From Geosiphon pyriformis uo1 (taxonomy: Eukaryota > Fungi > Glomeromycota), in contig JAAOMT010000659.1 in NCBI GenBank assembly GCA_016748015.1, positions 623,222 to 687,221 on the forward strand: a stretch of DNA of 64,000 nucleotides. Direction: 5' to 3'. Of this stretch, positions 36,800-48,668 are shown piece by piece. The notes under the pieces are model-generated. The model did not search any database, was not told the DNA's origin, and worked only from the letters and a program-made list of their open reading frames with translations. A program made the translations under genes and the position numbers. Every line of letters starts with the position of its first letter. Position 1 is the stretch's first letter.

Positions 36800-38353
36800 A
36801 TGGGTGATTATTCATACCTGCCACAACAATCAGAAGAACACTTTAAAGCACACAACAAAAATGATCTAAACTTTATTGAACTCAATCCTTTGCCCTCCTG
36901 CTTGATTTGCTTTTCCATTGAAGAACAATTCAGCAGACAATTCCAAGCCTTTTGGAACTGGTTCTTGAATGAGCATTCAGCTGAAACCTACACAGCTTAT
37001 ACAATCTATTACTTTGACCAAGCTTATTTTGAAGACAACTTTAAAGGAAGAAACAATAGTATCAATCAGCTTTTATATTCTGCAACTTTTGAACAACAGC
37101 CCCCTGATTTTAAATATCTGAATCATCAAATCCACATTTGGATTGCTGCCCATCAATCAACAGAAACTTCTCTTGAAACAGAAGAAGAAAGCTATCAAAC
37201 TGCTCCTGTTTTTGATCTCTTTTCAAGTAAATCAGAACACTCCACACAAACAGTTACACCTGAACCAATGGCTCAAGACCCTCTGCAACAAAACATTCTG
37301 ATTGCCCTTCAAGGTATACAGACTGCTTTAGGGTGAAGAAACAACACCCCATTACCATTATTCAGAGGTGATGCCCAAGATCTAATTGAATGGTTGGATA
37401 ACTTTGAGAAAGCTGTTACAGCCAACCAATACAATAATGAGTACAAGTTTCAAATTGTTGGTGGCTACCTCCAAGGCTCTTCTGCTACATGGTTCTCACA
37501 GGAAACTGATGCTAATGCTCATCAAAGAATCATTAGATGGATGCCAGCAAATGCAGGAAAAAACAACACCTCTTTTACAACCCAGTTTGAAAACAAGTTC
37601 AGAACTCCAATCTTGATATCCAAGTGGCACATGAAATTAGAAAGAAGAACCCAAGGCCCAGGAGAAGTGGTAACTGAATATGCCAAAGCAATCAAAAAAT
37701 TGATCAAGCATGTAGACTCTGAAAGGAACTGAACAAAAAAGCAAAAAATTCATTCTTTCACGAAAAGACTAAGAACTGATTTATCTTATGCTCTTTAGCC
37801 TCTCTTGGCTCTAAAGAATAACCCTACAATGGACATGGCTATTGAATTTGCCCAACGAATTGAAGACAACCAAAGAATACATTTGGGATCTACACTTCCA
37901 GTTTTTGCTTCTGTTCCTGTCATGGCTCCTGCTCCTCAAATGACTGCTACTTTTTTTGCTGCCCAAACTCAAGATTCAAATAAACAATTAATTAATAGAC
38001 TCACAGCCAATCTTGCCTGGTTATTAGAACCTTTGGCACAAGCAGTTAGAGATAACCAACAACCACAAAGACCCAGATATAAACCATGTTTTAATCAGCC
38101 CCAGCAACCTCCTTATCAAGGACAGCAAAATCATGGTCTTCCTGTATGTTATAGATATGGATTAACTGGACATTTCTCAAGAGATTGCAACAATCCTCCT
38201 TTACCTCCTCCAGTCCTCAGAAATAATAACAATTAAAACAATAGACTCATCAACAATAATGCTCTCAATCAAAGACCCAACCATGCCAACATCAATTTCT
38301 TTGGAGAGAATCCTCTAGTTGAAGCCATAGTCTATCAGTCTTTAAACTGGTAG
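36800..38353 (+). pseudogene. gag of F1
   Basis: ORFs 36800, 37394 and 37805; decayed knuckle CYRYGLTGHFSRDC. Confidence 0.9.
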
Positions 38354-38390
38354 GCATACCTCCAAAAGGTGAGAGTACAAGCCAACCAGA
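38341..38390 (+). promoter_or_regulatory. Putative -1 ribosomal frameshift signal (TTTAAAC plus downstream hairpin)
   Basis: T TTA AAC in the gag frame, one codon before the stop; the -1 frame opens into pol; present in all four copies. Confidence 0.75.
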
Positions 38391-41034
38391 AAAAAACCCC
38401 TTTTTTGCTTTTAACTTAACTAATGATGACCATGACATGAATGAATTAGCAATCAACACTTCTGAATCAACCAGAAAAAAGAAGAAAGCCAAGGTTGATT
38501 TCATTCTAGATCCCAACAAAGCCTAAACTTCCACTGCTGATAACAATGAGCCACCAAAAGCCAAAGTTTTTAAGAACTCTCCAAAGTTGGAACCCCCAGA
38601 AATTGTACAAAAATCTGGATCCTATTCTGTTGTCAAAGATCTCATGGAAACCCCAGCACACATTACCTTTGGCCAGTTAATGACTCATCCACAATTCAGA
38701 AAAAATCTTCACAAATCTCTAATCCCCAAGAAAAAAACACCAAAGACCAATAAATGCCCTCACCAAGCTGGACTTGCTGACAACAGCAATGTCACTTCTC
38801 TAATTTGCAAAGCACAAGTGGCTGGTTATTTTATTGACTTGATCCTAGACAGTGGATCATCTGTTAGTGTAATTGCCAAACACTTCCTTGATGCAATTGG
38901 CAGAAAAATTGATGAGCCTTCCACCCAACCAATAACCAACATACATGGTAACAAGAAGAAAAGTCTGGGCATTGCCAAAGCTATTCCTGTCTGCATTAAT
39001 GGCATCAGTATTGAAACTGACATAGAAGTTTCTGAAGCTAAAGAATACACCATCATTGTTGGCAATGAGTGGCTCAAGAAAGTAAAAGCCTTATTCAACT
39101 ATGAACTTTGTGAGCTAACCATAAGATGTGGTGAAAAACCTATTGTGGTTAAATGTTGCCATTAGACAACTCTTCCAGCAACCAAACAAAATCAAGAAGA
39201 TGAGCAATCAGAGAAATCAGATGATGAAAAGAGTGATGAAAAAGATGAACAAGAAGAACAAAAAGAAACTGCTGAACTCACCTACACCATCTTCACCAGC
39301 AATGACAAGCCACTAGACAATATTAAAGCTGATAGAGAGGAAATCATTGTAAATGGCAAGCTGATCTGCTGACCCTACTATGATATTCTTAGAAGAACTT
39401 TTGACCAAAAACCTGACAAGAAAGCCAAGTATCATTATTGGTGGCATGGTTCTTGTGCCCAGTGCTGGTGCAACCAACTCTTGTATTCTCCAAGTGATGA
39501 ATGCAAATCATGCCTGATCTATTACAAAGATTGGGAACCAATCAGTTTAATACTTAGAGAAGAATTGAAAAAAGTCCAAAAGTCCTTTAAAAATGAACCA
39601 CCTGAGATCCAATCACTAGTTGTAGAACAAAAAGAACCATCACCTGAAGAAAAAAAGATTGATATTGAAAATCTGCTAGCTAGAAACAGCCCAGTTATCT
39701 CAAAAGAAGGTGATACCTCTGGACGAACCCATGTGATACAACACATTATCACCACCAGAAAAACTCACTCCATCTATTTGAAGCCATATCAATTCAATCA
39801 GCACAATGATGAGTTCATCAAGAAAGAGATAAACCAGATAAAAGAACTTAGATTCATACAAAAAACCAAGAGTGAATGGGCTTTTTCAGTTGTAGTGGTA
39901 TCCAAAAAAGGTGGAACCCTACACTTCTGTGTTGACTACTGCCAATTAAATGCCATCACTGAAAGAGACATGTACCCACTTCCCAAGATTGATGCAATAC
40001 TGGACCAATTCAAAGATGCTGCTTTCTTTTCAACTATTGATCTAACTGCTAGATTCTGGCAAGTAGAGATGGATCCAGAAAGCTGGAAGAAAACTGCCTT
40101 TATCACCAAGTATGGCACCTATGAATTCACAGTCATGTCTTTTGGTCTCACCAATGCCCTTCCCATCTTTCAATGCTTAATGGATAAAGTATTTGAATCA
40201 GTGAAAGAAAACTTTGTTTTGGTCTATCTGGACAATATAATGGTGTACTCAAAAACCTGGGATAAACACCTTGTACATTTGCAAAAGGTTTTTGATCTTC
40301 TCAGAAATGCAGGTCTCAAGATTAATCCAATCAAATCTTTCTTTGAAAGACAATCCACCCAATTTCTTGGTTATCTTATTACAAAAGATAGAATTTTTCC
40401 TAACCCAGCTAAGGTTGAAAAAGTCCAAAACATTAGACAACCAATGAATATTCATAAACTACACTCTTTCCTTGGTTTGGCTTCCTATTATCACAAATTT
40501 GTCAAAGATTTTTCCAAAATAGCTGCTCCACTTAATCAACTACTCAAGAAAAATGTCAACTACCATTGGGACACACATCAACAAAAAGCTTTTGAAACTC
40601 TAAAGGAAAAACTAATCACTAAACCAATTCTGAAACAATCTGATCTAGATCAACCTTTCATCCTCCACACTAATGCATTTGGCTATGGACTTGGAACTGT
40701 TTTATTCTAGAAAGATGAAGATGGCAAAGAACATGCCATAGCATATGCCAATAGAACTCTCTCACCAGCAGAGCAGAACTACTCGGTAACTGAACAAGAA
40801 TGTCTGACAGTAGTATGGGCTACTAGTTATTAGAACAAATATCTTCTTGGTGCCAAATTCCTGATAGTAACAGATTACCAAGCTTTGGTTTGGTTATGCA
40901 ACAAAAAGAAGCTAGAACATAAAAAAATAACTTGCTGAATACTCCACTTGGATGAATTCGACTAAGATATTCAACATCACAAAGGAGCACATCATCAAAA
41001 TGCCGACACTTTCTTTAGACTTACCATCCAGTAA
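38341..41034 (+). pseudogene. pol (PR-RT-RNase H) of F1
   Basis: ORFs 38587-39165 and 39481-40710; ends RLTIQ* (TAA 41032-41034). Confidence 0.9.
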
Positions 41035-41099
41035 CAGTACAACTACCTCAAACCAAATCAACCTAATTATTAGTAATTCTCTCACAACCAAACACAATA

Positions 41100-42405
41100 A
41101 TGAACTTGGACAACTACTCTGTCTTAATGGAATTTTTGGATAAAGGACAATACTCACCAGAATACAATTGACAGCAAAGAGAACATTTGCACAAATAATC
41201 AAATTTTTATTTGATCTGCCAGAACCAACTATACAAAAGAAACAGAAAAGATCCTGACCATCTCCAGAGAGTCATAAAATTTGAAGAAAGAGAAATTGTG
41301 ATCTACAATATGCACACTAATTTATTAGCTGGACACTTTGGAAAAACAAAAACAATTCAGAAAACCTTAGCTTACTATTATTGGCCTACCTTGGGAAAAG
41401 ACATTGCTGAATACATTAAAACCTGCAATACCTGCCAAAGAAGAAGAAAACCCAATCGCAAAGAAGATATCCATTTAATTTCTGTTGGTCAACCATTTAA
41501 CAGAATTGGTATAGATGTTATTGAACCTTTAACAGTAACTCCTGATGGCAACAGATACAGCTACCAACTATCTTACAAAGTGAGTAGAAGCAAGAGCCAC
41601 CCCAGATCAAACAGCAGTTTCAATAGCCAATTTCATTTATGAAGATATCATTTGTCACCATGGCTGTTTTAAAGAACTATTACCTGATAGAGAAAGAGCT
41701 TTTTTCAGTACACTGGTTGAAAAACTTTGTAGAAAAATGGGAATACGTCACAAACTTTCTTCCCCTTATCACCCCTAAACAAATGGCCTAATAGAACGTT
41801 TCAATAGAACACTGTGTGAAACCTTAGCCAAAACAAGTGAAAAAACAAACTTATGGGACAAAGTACTGTCTTCAGCTTTGTTTGCTTATAGAACTGTGAA
41901 TTATGACATAACAAGTTATGAATCTTTTTATCTGCTCTATGAACAAATGGCAACACTACCAATAGAAACTGATATTAAGACAATACTCTTTGAAGAAATC
42001 ACAATAGGGAATTACAAAGACATTTTGCAAAGGAAACTTGGTACCATTCTTGACTCACTTGTAGAAGCATGAATAATTGCCTTTGAAAAGATAAAACAGT
42101 TCCAAGAAAAGCTTAAAAAGAAGAAAACCTATAAAACACTTTCTTTAAGTATTGGTGACTTAGTTTTGGAATACCGCTTAGACAGAGACAATGTCTATGG
42201 TGATAAATTCTCTAGTCGGTGAAAAGGTCCCTTTATAGTCAACAAAGTTTTGAACAATAGTTCTTATATTCTTCAAGATCAATCTGGAACAATCTTTAAT
42301 AATCATTCTGTTCATGACATGCAACTCAAAAAATATTACAAACGACCTGATTGGTTACCAATTGTGATAATACCAACCCAAATGATTAGCAAAAACCAAA
42401 TATAA
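41100..42405 (+). pseudogene. Integrase ORF of F1
   Basis: ATG at 41100; H2C2 motif; KGPFIV; ends MISKNQI*. Confidence 0.88.
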
Positions 42406-42447
42406 ATAAATGCACCATTCCCAAAAACAGAAGTATCTTCAATCAAC

Positions 42448-43104
42448 ATGAACAATTATTTTCTGGATCAAAACATTTAAAATGCTTTCTATACTCTTCA
42501 TGAGTATTGGATCAAAAACTATCTAAATGCTACTCTGACCATTGGAAAACAAACTACAATGACTGATAACAGTGGAACACATACTATTATCAGACCAAAG
42601 AAAACAACTACCAGAAGAGAAAGAATTGGTAGCAAAATGAATAAGTATCTGTTAGAAAGCATAACAGCAGCAATACTTGTATCTTCTACCACAATTGAAA
42701 AAATGATTAAAGAAATCTTGCCCATAGACAAAAACTTGTCATATGGAAGACAACTAGAGCTCTATGGTCGCCTTAGTGAAATCATAGAAGACATGAAGCT
42801 CATGAAGAAAACAACTTCTGAGATACAAGTGAAAATTTTGGGCATTATATGGTTGGATGTCCCAAGAGTTTTGACCATTGCCAGAAGAGCCAAAACTCTT
42901 ATACAAAGGTTTGGTCTCTTGGATACAAAGCTTATTTCGCCTCAAGTACTATACACTTTATCCACAAAAGACTTTAATAAACAAGTTAGTTTTGAGTTAG
43001 ATAAAACCCTCCAATTAGAATATCCCATAAATAGTTTGATTTTGTCTGAGCTCAATCTCTTTGAAGAGGATGATGTTATGATTAAAACTCATAGTTTTTA
43101 TTAG
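42448..43104 (+). pseudogene. ORF4 of F1
   Basis: ATG at 42448, one early CAA>TAA change; remainder is ORF 42559-43104. Confidence 0.78.
43063..43073 (+). promoter_or_regulatory. Polypurine tract
   Basis: GAAGAGGATGA (GGAGAGGATGA in other copies) abutting the 3' LTR. Confidence 0.75.
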
Positions 43105-43711
43105 TTATCACATGTATTAGCCACTGATGTCATATAATTAGCCAACCTATTTTTAGATAGTAATCATTGACCTGGTCATTAACCACTTTTCATAGCTATA
43201 TAAGCAATGAGTTTCTTAGCTATAGAAAAGTATGTTTCCAACAATCAAAGAAATATAATAAAACAACTTTCATTTCAAACATTCTCTTATCATTAATTTT
43301 TCTTTCCCTACCTTCAAGTATCTGAACATCTTTTAGATAAAAGATTTCTTGTTGATGTTTATCTGCCTTTTTCTGAAACAATTAAACAAAGTATTTGAAA
43401 ATTATTGAATAAAACATGACTAAAAAGCACATCTGATACTTGATATTGAATTCTAAGAGTGCCAATGTGAGGCATAGAATTATACCAAGTGTAATCATTT
43501 GTTGACAATACGGACTATCTCTCTATCTTCAGATTTTCCAGTAATCTTTGAAAAGTATAGCAACTGAGATATTTTATAAGACTGATCTCGCACATTGAAT
43601 CCATACTCATTCAATTCGCTCATTGAAGTTGAATTCTCTTTGATTATTTCCATCACTCTACAATTCTGTTCTCTATTGCTATCCGTTAGCTTGTTACTTC
43701 AATCTGTAACA
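43074..43711 (+). repeat. 3' LTR of F1
   Basis: TGTTATGA...TGTAACA termini; colinear with 36026-36747 but with fewer 12-mers. Confidence 0.92.
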
Positions 43712-45440
43712 GTAGAATTCCCAAATGGTTTAAGATTTTAGAGTCTACAATCATTATGGATGAGTACAAGAACATTAATATAGTACAATATAAAGTATTA
43801 GGAATGCACAAACTGACTAACCAAATCCCAGATGATTTTGAAATGATGCAAAAAGATACCATTTACATCCATATTTCTGACACTTTATTATCACAGTGGA
43901 GGGGTGTATGAGAGACATTGAGGTTCAAAAAAAAAATAAAAATATCAACAGATGGCTCAATGGTAAAAGCTGGCTCTAAGAATACAAAAGAAGAGGCTGC
44001 TTTCATAACACATAGAATAGAGGCCAAATTTGGTATAGCAGTTGATAGAACATTATTGTCAACAAAAACAGAGGCAAAGACTGTGTTATTGGCTTTGGAA
44101 GCAGTATCTTACAAATGCAAACTAATGATAAACACAGATAGTCAAGTAGTAATGTCAATGGCTCAGAAGTGATTGTCTAAAGATGTACCCTTGTCTATTA
44201 GAAATTAGCTTAAAACTCCAAACTGGTACACATGGAATGCAATCAAAACAATTATTAGTGAAAAGAAGATTGATCTCAACATAAACAAAGTGGCTGCTCA
44301 TACTGATGTATTGGAAAATGAAAAGACTGACAAACTAGCCAAAGTGTCTACCATTCTTGATACTGTAAAGTAGACCTACAATGCTAAGGAAACTGCATAT
44401 ATTTTTTTTGCAAAGGAGTTGAATTGGATTTGAATATTAGACATTTTTTAAGCAAACAGACTAGTCTTCAAGCAGCATTGAATTGGACAGACAACAACAA
44501 AGTCCAAGAGTCAATAGCAGTTTTAGACCAAGATATAGATTGAATGTGCACAACCAAGATCTGAAACTGGAATAGAAAAATGTCATCAGGCTTCACCTCA
44601 GCTGGTTTGTCAGTGATGTGAACATTTCTTATGAAATTATTTCACAATATGCTGCCAATTGTAAAGGTGCTATACAACCAATGTCCTCTTGTGTACTTAA
44701 ACAATCTTTGCAAAATATGTCACAGGAAAGTGGAAACCAACCAACACTTTTGGGAATGCTCTCTGAATACCCAAGAGAGCAAAATACTGATTAATGATGT
44801 AAGAAACAGGTGAATACAGTGCCTATCATAGGCTGTGGGAGGTAAATGAAAATTCTTAAACACTAATGAAAAGATTGTACTGTTTAGTAAATATATTATG
44901 TTATCATTCAACATAGATTTGCTATGTAAAAGATTGGTCAATAAGCAATTTAGGAGAATTAATGCTTTTGCTGACATCAACCTAAAAACTAGCAATAATG
45001 TATTAATTAAAGTGTGTAAATGGGCAGTTACTCAAGCAAGAAATAGATTGTGAGAAGAACAGTACAGATTGCAAACTGAGTAAGAAAAATCCAAGAGTAT
45101 TGATAACAAAGTCAAGAAAAATCCATATGATGGCTTCAACATATATAACACATCAAGGGATGACAATAGGGATACTGGCAAACACATAGTAGGAATAGGT
45201 AACAATATGTAATAATATATTAACTAGTGTTTTTTGTAATAAGAGTATCTTGTATAGTAGTGTGATACTCCATAGATTTTCTGGTTATACTAGCATGTAG
45301 TTAGACATAACCACTTAGTGGTTAACCACATTTTGTAATCTAGATTATTGGATGAGTTGGCTTTATGAAAAGGTCATGCTCTGTGAATGTGACTAAACTA
45401 ATAAAAGACCAGCATGGCTACATGTTAACAAAAAAAAAAA

Positions 45441-45514
45441 ATGAAAAAGCCATATCTTTAAGTATAATTAAACTAATAAAAGACCAGCATGACTACATAT
45501 TAACAAAAAAAAAA
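45441..45514 (+). mobile_element. Older LINE 3' tail, right part with poly(A)
   Basis: ...AATAAAAGACCAGCATGACTACATATTAAC-A(n); abuts gypsy RNase H sequence. Confidence 0.8.
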
Positions 45515-46434
45515 TCAAGCCTTAATTTGGTTGCACAACAAAAAGAAACTAGAACATAAACGGATAACTTACTAAATACTCTATTTAAATAAATTTGACT
45601 ATAACATTCAATACCACAAAGGAGCAAATCATCAAAACACTGATGCTTTTTCTAGACTTACTATTCAGTGACAATACAATCTCTCAATCAAACCAGTAAC
45701 TCCTTCACAAATAAACACAATAATAGACTTAAACAACTACTCTGTCTTAATAGAATTTTTGAGTAAAGGACAATACTCACTAAATTACACTCAACAGCAA
45801 AGAAAACATTTGCACAAACAATTAAATTTCTATTTGATTTGCCAGAACCAGTTATATAAAAGAAACAGACAAGATTCTAACTGCCCCCAAAGAGTCATAA
45901 AATTTGAAGAAAAAGAAATTGTGATTTATAATATGCATACTAATCCATTAGCTGAACACTTTGGAAAAACAAAAACAATTCAGAAAACTTTAGCTCACTA
46001 TTATTGGCCTACTTTGGGAAAAGATATTGCTGAGTACATAAAAACCTGTGATATTTGCCAAAGAAGAGAAAAATCCAATCAAAAAAAAATATCTGTTGGC
46101 CAATCATTTGACAGAATTGGCATAGATGTTGTTAGACTTTTAACAATAACTCCTAATGACAACAGATACATTATCACAGCTACTGACTATTTTATAAAGT
46201 GGGTAGAAGCAAGAGCCATCTCAGACCAAACAGCAGTCTCAATAGCCAATTTTATTTATGAAGATATTATTTGCCACCATGGCTGCTCCAAAGAACTTTT
46301 ATCTGACAGAAGAAGAGCTTTTCTCAGTACACTAGTTAAAAAACTGTGTAGAAAAATAGGAATATGTCATAAACTTTTCTTTTCTTATTATTCTCAAACA
46401 AATGGCCTAGTAAAACGTTTTAATAGAACACTAT
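45515..46434 (+). mobile_element. Gypsy fragment (RNase H end and integrase N-terminal half)
   Basis: ORF 45759-46442 carries integrase motifs. Confidence 0.88.
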
Positions 46435-47101
46435 TGTTATAGTTGAAACCTACACTTTTTATTAATTATTACATATATTAGCCACTGATATTATATAAAT
46501 TAGCCACTCTATTTTTAGAAAGTAATCATTGACCTAATCAATGACCTAACTGTTGACCTGATCATTGATCACTTTTGATAGCTATATAAGTATTGAATCT
46601 TTTAGCTGTAGAAAAATATGTAAAAAAATTAAGAATCAAGTAAATAAAATAACAACTTTCATCTCAATCACTTTCTTATCACTAAAATTCACTTTTTCTA
46701 TCTTCAAGTATCTGAACATCTTGGGATAAAAGATATTTGTTGGCCTTTACCTATCCTTTTCCTGAAACATGTAATTACAATATTTGAAGATTATTGAATA
46801 AAACATGACTGAAGAATACATCTGATACCTGGTATTGAATTCTAAGAGTGCTAACATAAGACATAGAATTATACCAGACGTGATCATTTGTTAACAGTAC
46901 AGACTATCTCTCTACTTTTAGATTCCCCGGTTATCTTTTGAAAAGTACAGTAACTGAGATATTTTATGAGACTGATCTCGCACATTGAATCCATACTCAT
47001 TCAATTCACTCTTTGAAATTGAATTTTTTTTGATTCCTTTTATCACCCTACAATCCTGTTCTCCCTTGCTATCCATTAGCTTGTTACTTCAACCCATAAC
47101 A
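46435..47101 (+). repeat. LTR (subfamily b)
   Basis: TGTTATAG...CCATAACA termini. Confidence 0.9.
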
Positions 47102-47102
47102 A

Positions 47103-47744
47103 TGTTATAGTTGAAACCTATACTTCTTATTAATTATCACATGTATTAGCCACTAATGTCATATAATTAGCCATTCTATTTTTAGATAGTAATTATTGAC
47201 CTAATTATTAACCACTTTTAATAGCTATATAAGTGATGAATCTCTTAGCTGTTGAAAAAAATGTAAGAATTAAAAAAAGAAAAAAAATAAAATTACAACT
47301 TTATCTCAATCTTTTTTTTCTTATTAATTTTTTTTTTCTTACCTTCAAGTATCTGAACATTTTAAAGATAAAAGATTATTTATTGGTTATTCCCTACCCT
47401 TTTTTTGAAATGTGTAATTGTAGTATTTGAAGATTATTGAATAAAACATAACTGAAAAATACATCTAATACCTGATATTGAATTCTAAAAATGCTGGCAT
47501 AAGGCATAAAATTATACTAGTGTGTAATCATTTGTTAACAGTATAGACTATTCCTCTATTTTCAGATTCCCTGATTATTTTTGAAAAGTATAGTGACTGA
47601 GATATTTTATGAGACTGATCTCGCACATTAAATCCATACTTATTTAATTCACTCTTTAAAGTTGAATTCCTTTTGATTTCTCTTGTCATCTTACAATCCT
47701 ATTTTCCCTTGCTATCTGTTAGCTTGTTACTTCAATCTGTAATA
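47103..47744 (+). repeat. LTR (subfamily b), head-to-tail with the previous LTR
   Basis: TGTTATAG...TGTAATA termini; only 1 nt between the two LTRs. Confidence 0.9.
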
Positions 47745-48668
47745 GTATAAAAAATAAAAAGTTGGTTCAAGTTAAGTTGTTTGAGAATTGGTTCAATAAC
47801 AAGTTTTTTTTCAGAATTTCAAAAGCTTTTTGTTGATGAGTGCTCTAGTGATAATTAACATTTTTTCTAAGTAACTAATTAAGATGAAAGATGATTTTGG
47901 AGAAATTCTTAATAAATTTACAATAGTAAGAAGCCAATTCAAGGAAAGAGCATAATTCAAGAACATTTATTGGTTGTTTAATGTTTTGAACTTTTTCAAC
48001 TTTAGCTAGGTTAAAGAAAATTTCATCTTTTGTAATTAAATAACCAAAAAACTGGGTGGATTGTCATCCAAAGAAAAATTTAATTGGGTTGATCTTAAGG
48101 CCAGCATTTCTAAAGAGATTAAAAACCTTTTGCAAGTGTTTAAAATGTTTATCTCAGGTTTTTGAGTATATTATTATGTCATCTAAGTAAACCAGAACAA
48201 AGTTTTCTTTTACTGATTTAAATACTTTGTTTATTAGGTGTTGAAAGGTGGAAAGAGCATTGATGAGACCAAAAAGCATCACTGTGAATTCATAAGTGCC
48301 ATACTTGGTAATGAAAGCAGTTTTCTTTCTGTTTTTTGGATCCATTTCTACTTACCAAAATCTAGCAGTTAAGTCAATAGTTGAAAAGAAAGCAGCATCA
48401 TTGAATTTATCTAATATTGTATCAATTTTGAAGAGTGGGTACATGTTTCTTATAATGATGGCATTTAATTAGTAGTAGTCAACACAAAAGCATAGGGTTC
48501 TACTTTTTTTGGATACCACTACAACTGAAAAAGCCCATTTACTCTTGGTTTCTTGTATGAATTCAAGATTTTTTATCTGGTTTATCTCTTTTTTGATGAA
48601 CTCATCATTGTGTTAATTGGATTGATAAGGCTTCAAATAGATGAGACAGGTTTTTTTTGTGGTAATAA
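47745..48668 (-). mobile_element. Gypsy RT fragment (continues at 57036-57235)
   Basis: ORF 48154-48345 with VYLDDII. Confidence 0.88.

Larger units (their letters stand above)
36026..43711 (+). mobile_element. Full-length Ty3/gypsy element F1 with 4-bp TSD GTAG
   Basis: Paired LTRs, PBS, PPT, PR-RT-RH-IN order; GTAG at 36022-36025 and 43712-43715; the empty site is seen in LINE copy 1 at ~22570. Confidence 0.95.
32689..45300 (+). pseudogene. LINE copy 2 ORF2, interrupted by gypsy 36026-43711
   Basis: APE 32689-33465, RT with FQDIKKAYDSV and HLAFVDDT (34614-35282), RNase H from 43918. Confidence 0.9.
27848..45440 (+). mobile_element. Full-length LINE copy 2 (~7.4 kb net) carrying two nested insertions
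   Basis: 15-bp TSD ATGAAAAAGCCATAT at 27833-27847 and 45441-45455; poly(A) ~45430-45440; interrupted by 27979-30417 and 36026-43711. Confidence 0.88.

Noticed and set aside
41031-41073. GTAACA...CTAAT...TAG intron joining RNase H to integrase
   Set aside because: Splicing would not restore the integrase frame, and the AG acceptor is absent in the subfamily a copies.
45365-45559. Tandem duplication of the LINE 3' end, or a small ORF
   Set aside because: Explained by LINE 2 inserting into an older LINE tail (15-bp TSD).
47233-47430. Small ORFs within LTRs (also 36531-36722, 51308-51541 and 61617-61802)
   Set aside because: Frames and starts are not conserved among LTR copies; consistent with chance in AT-rich DNA.
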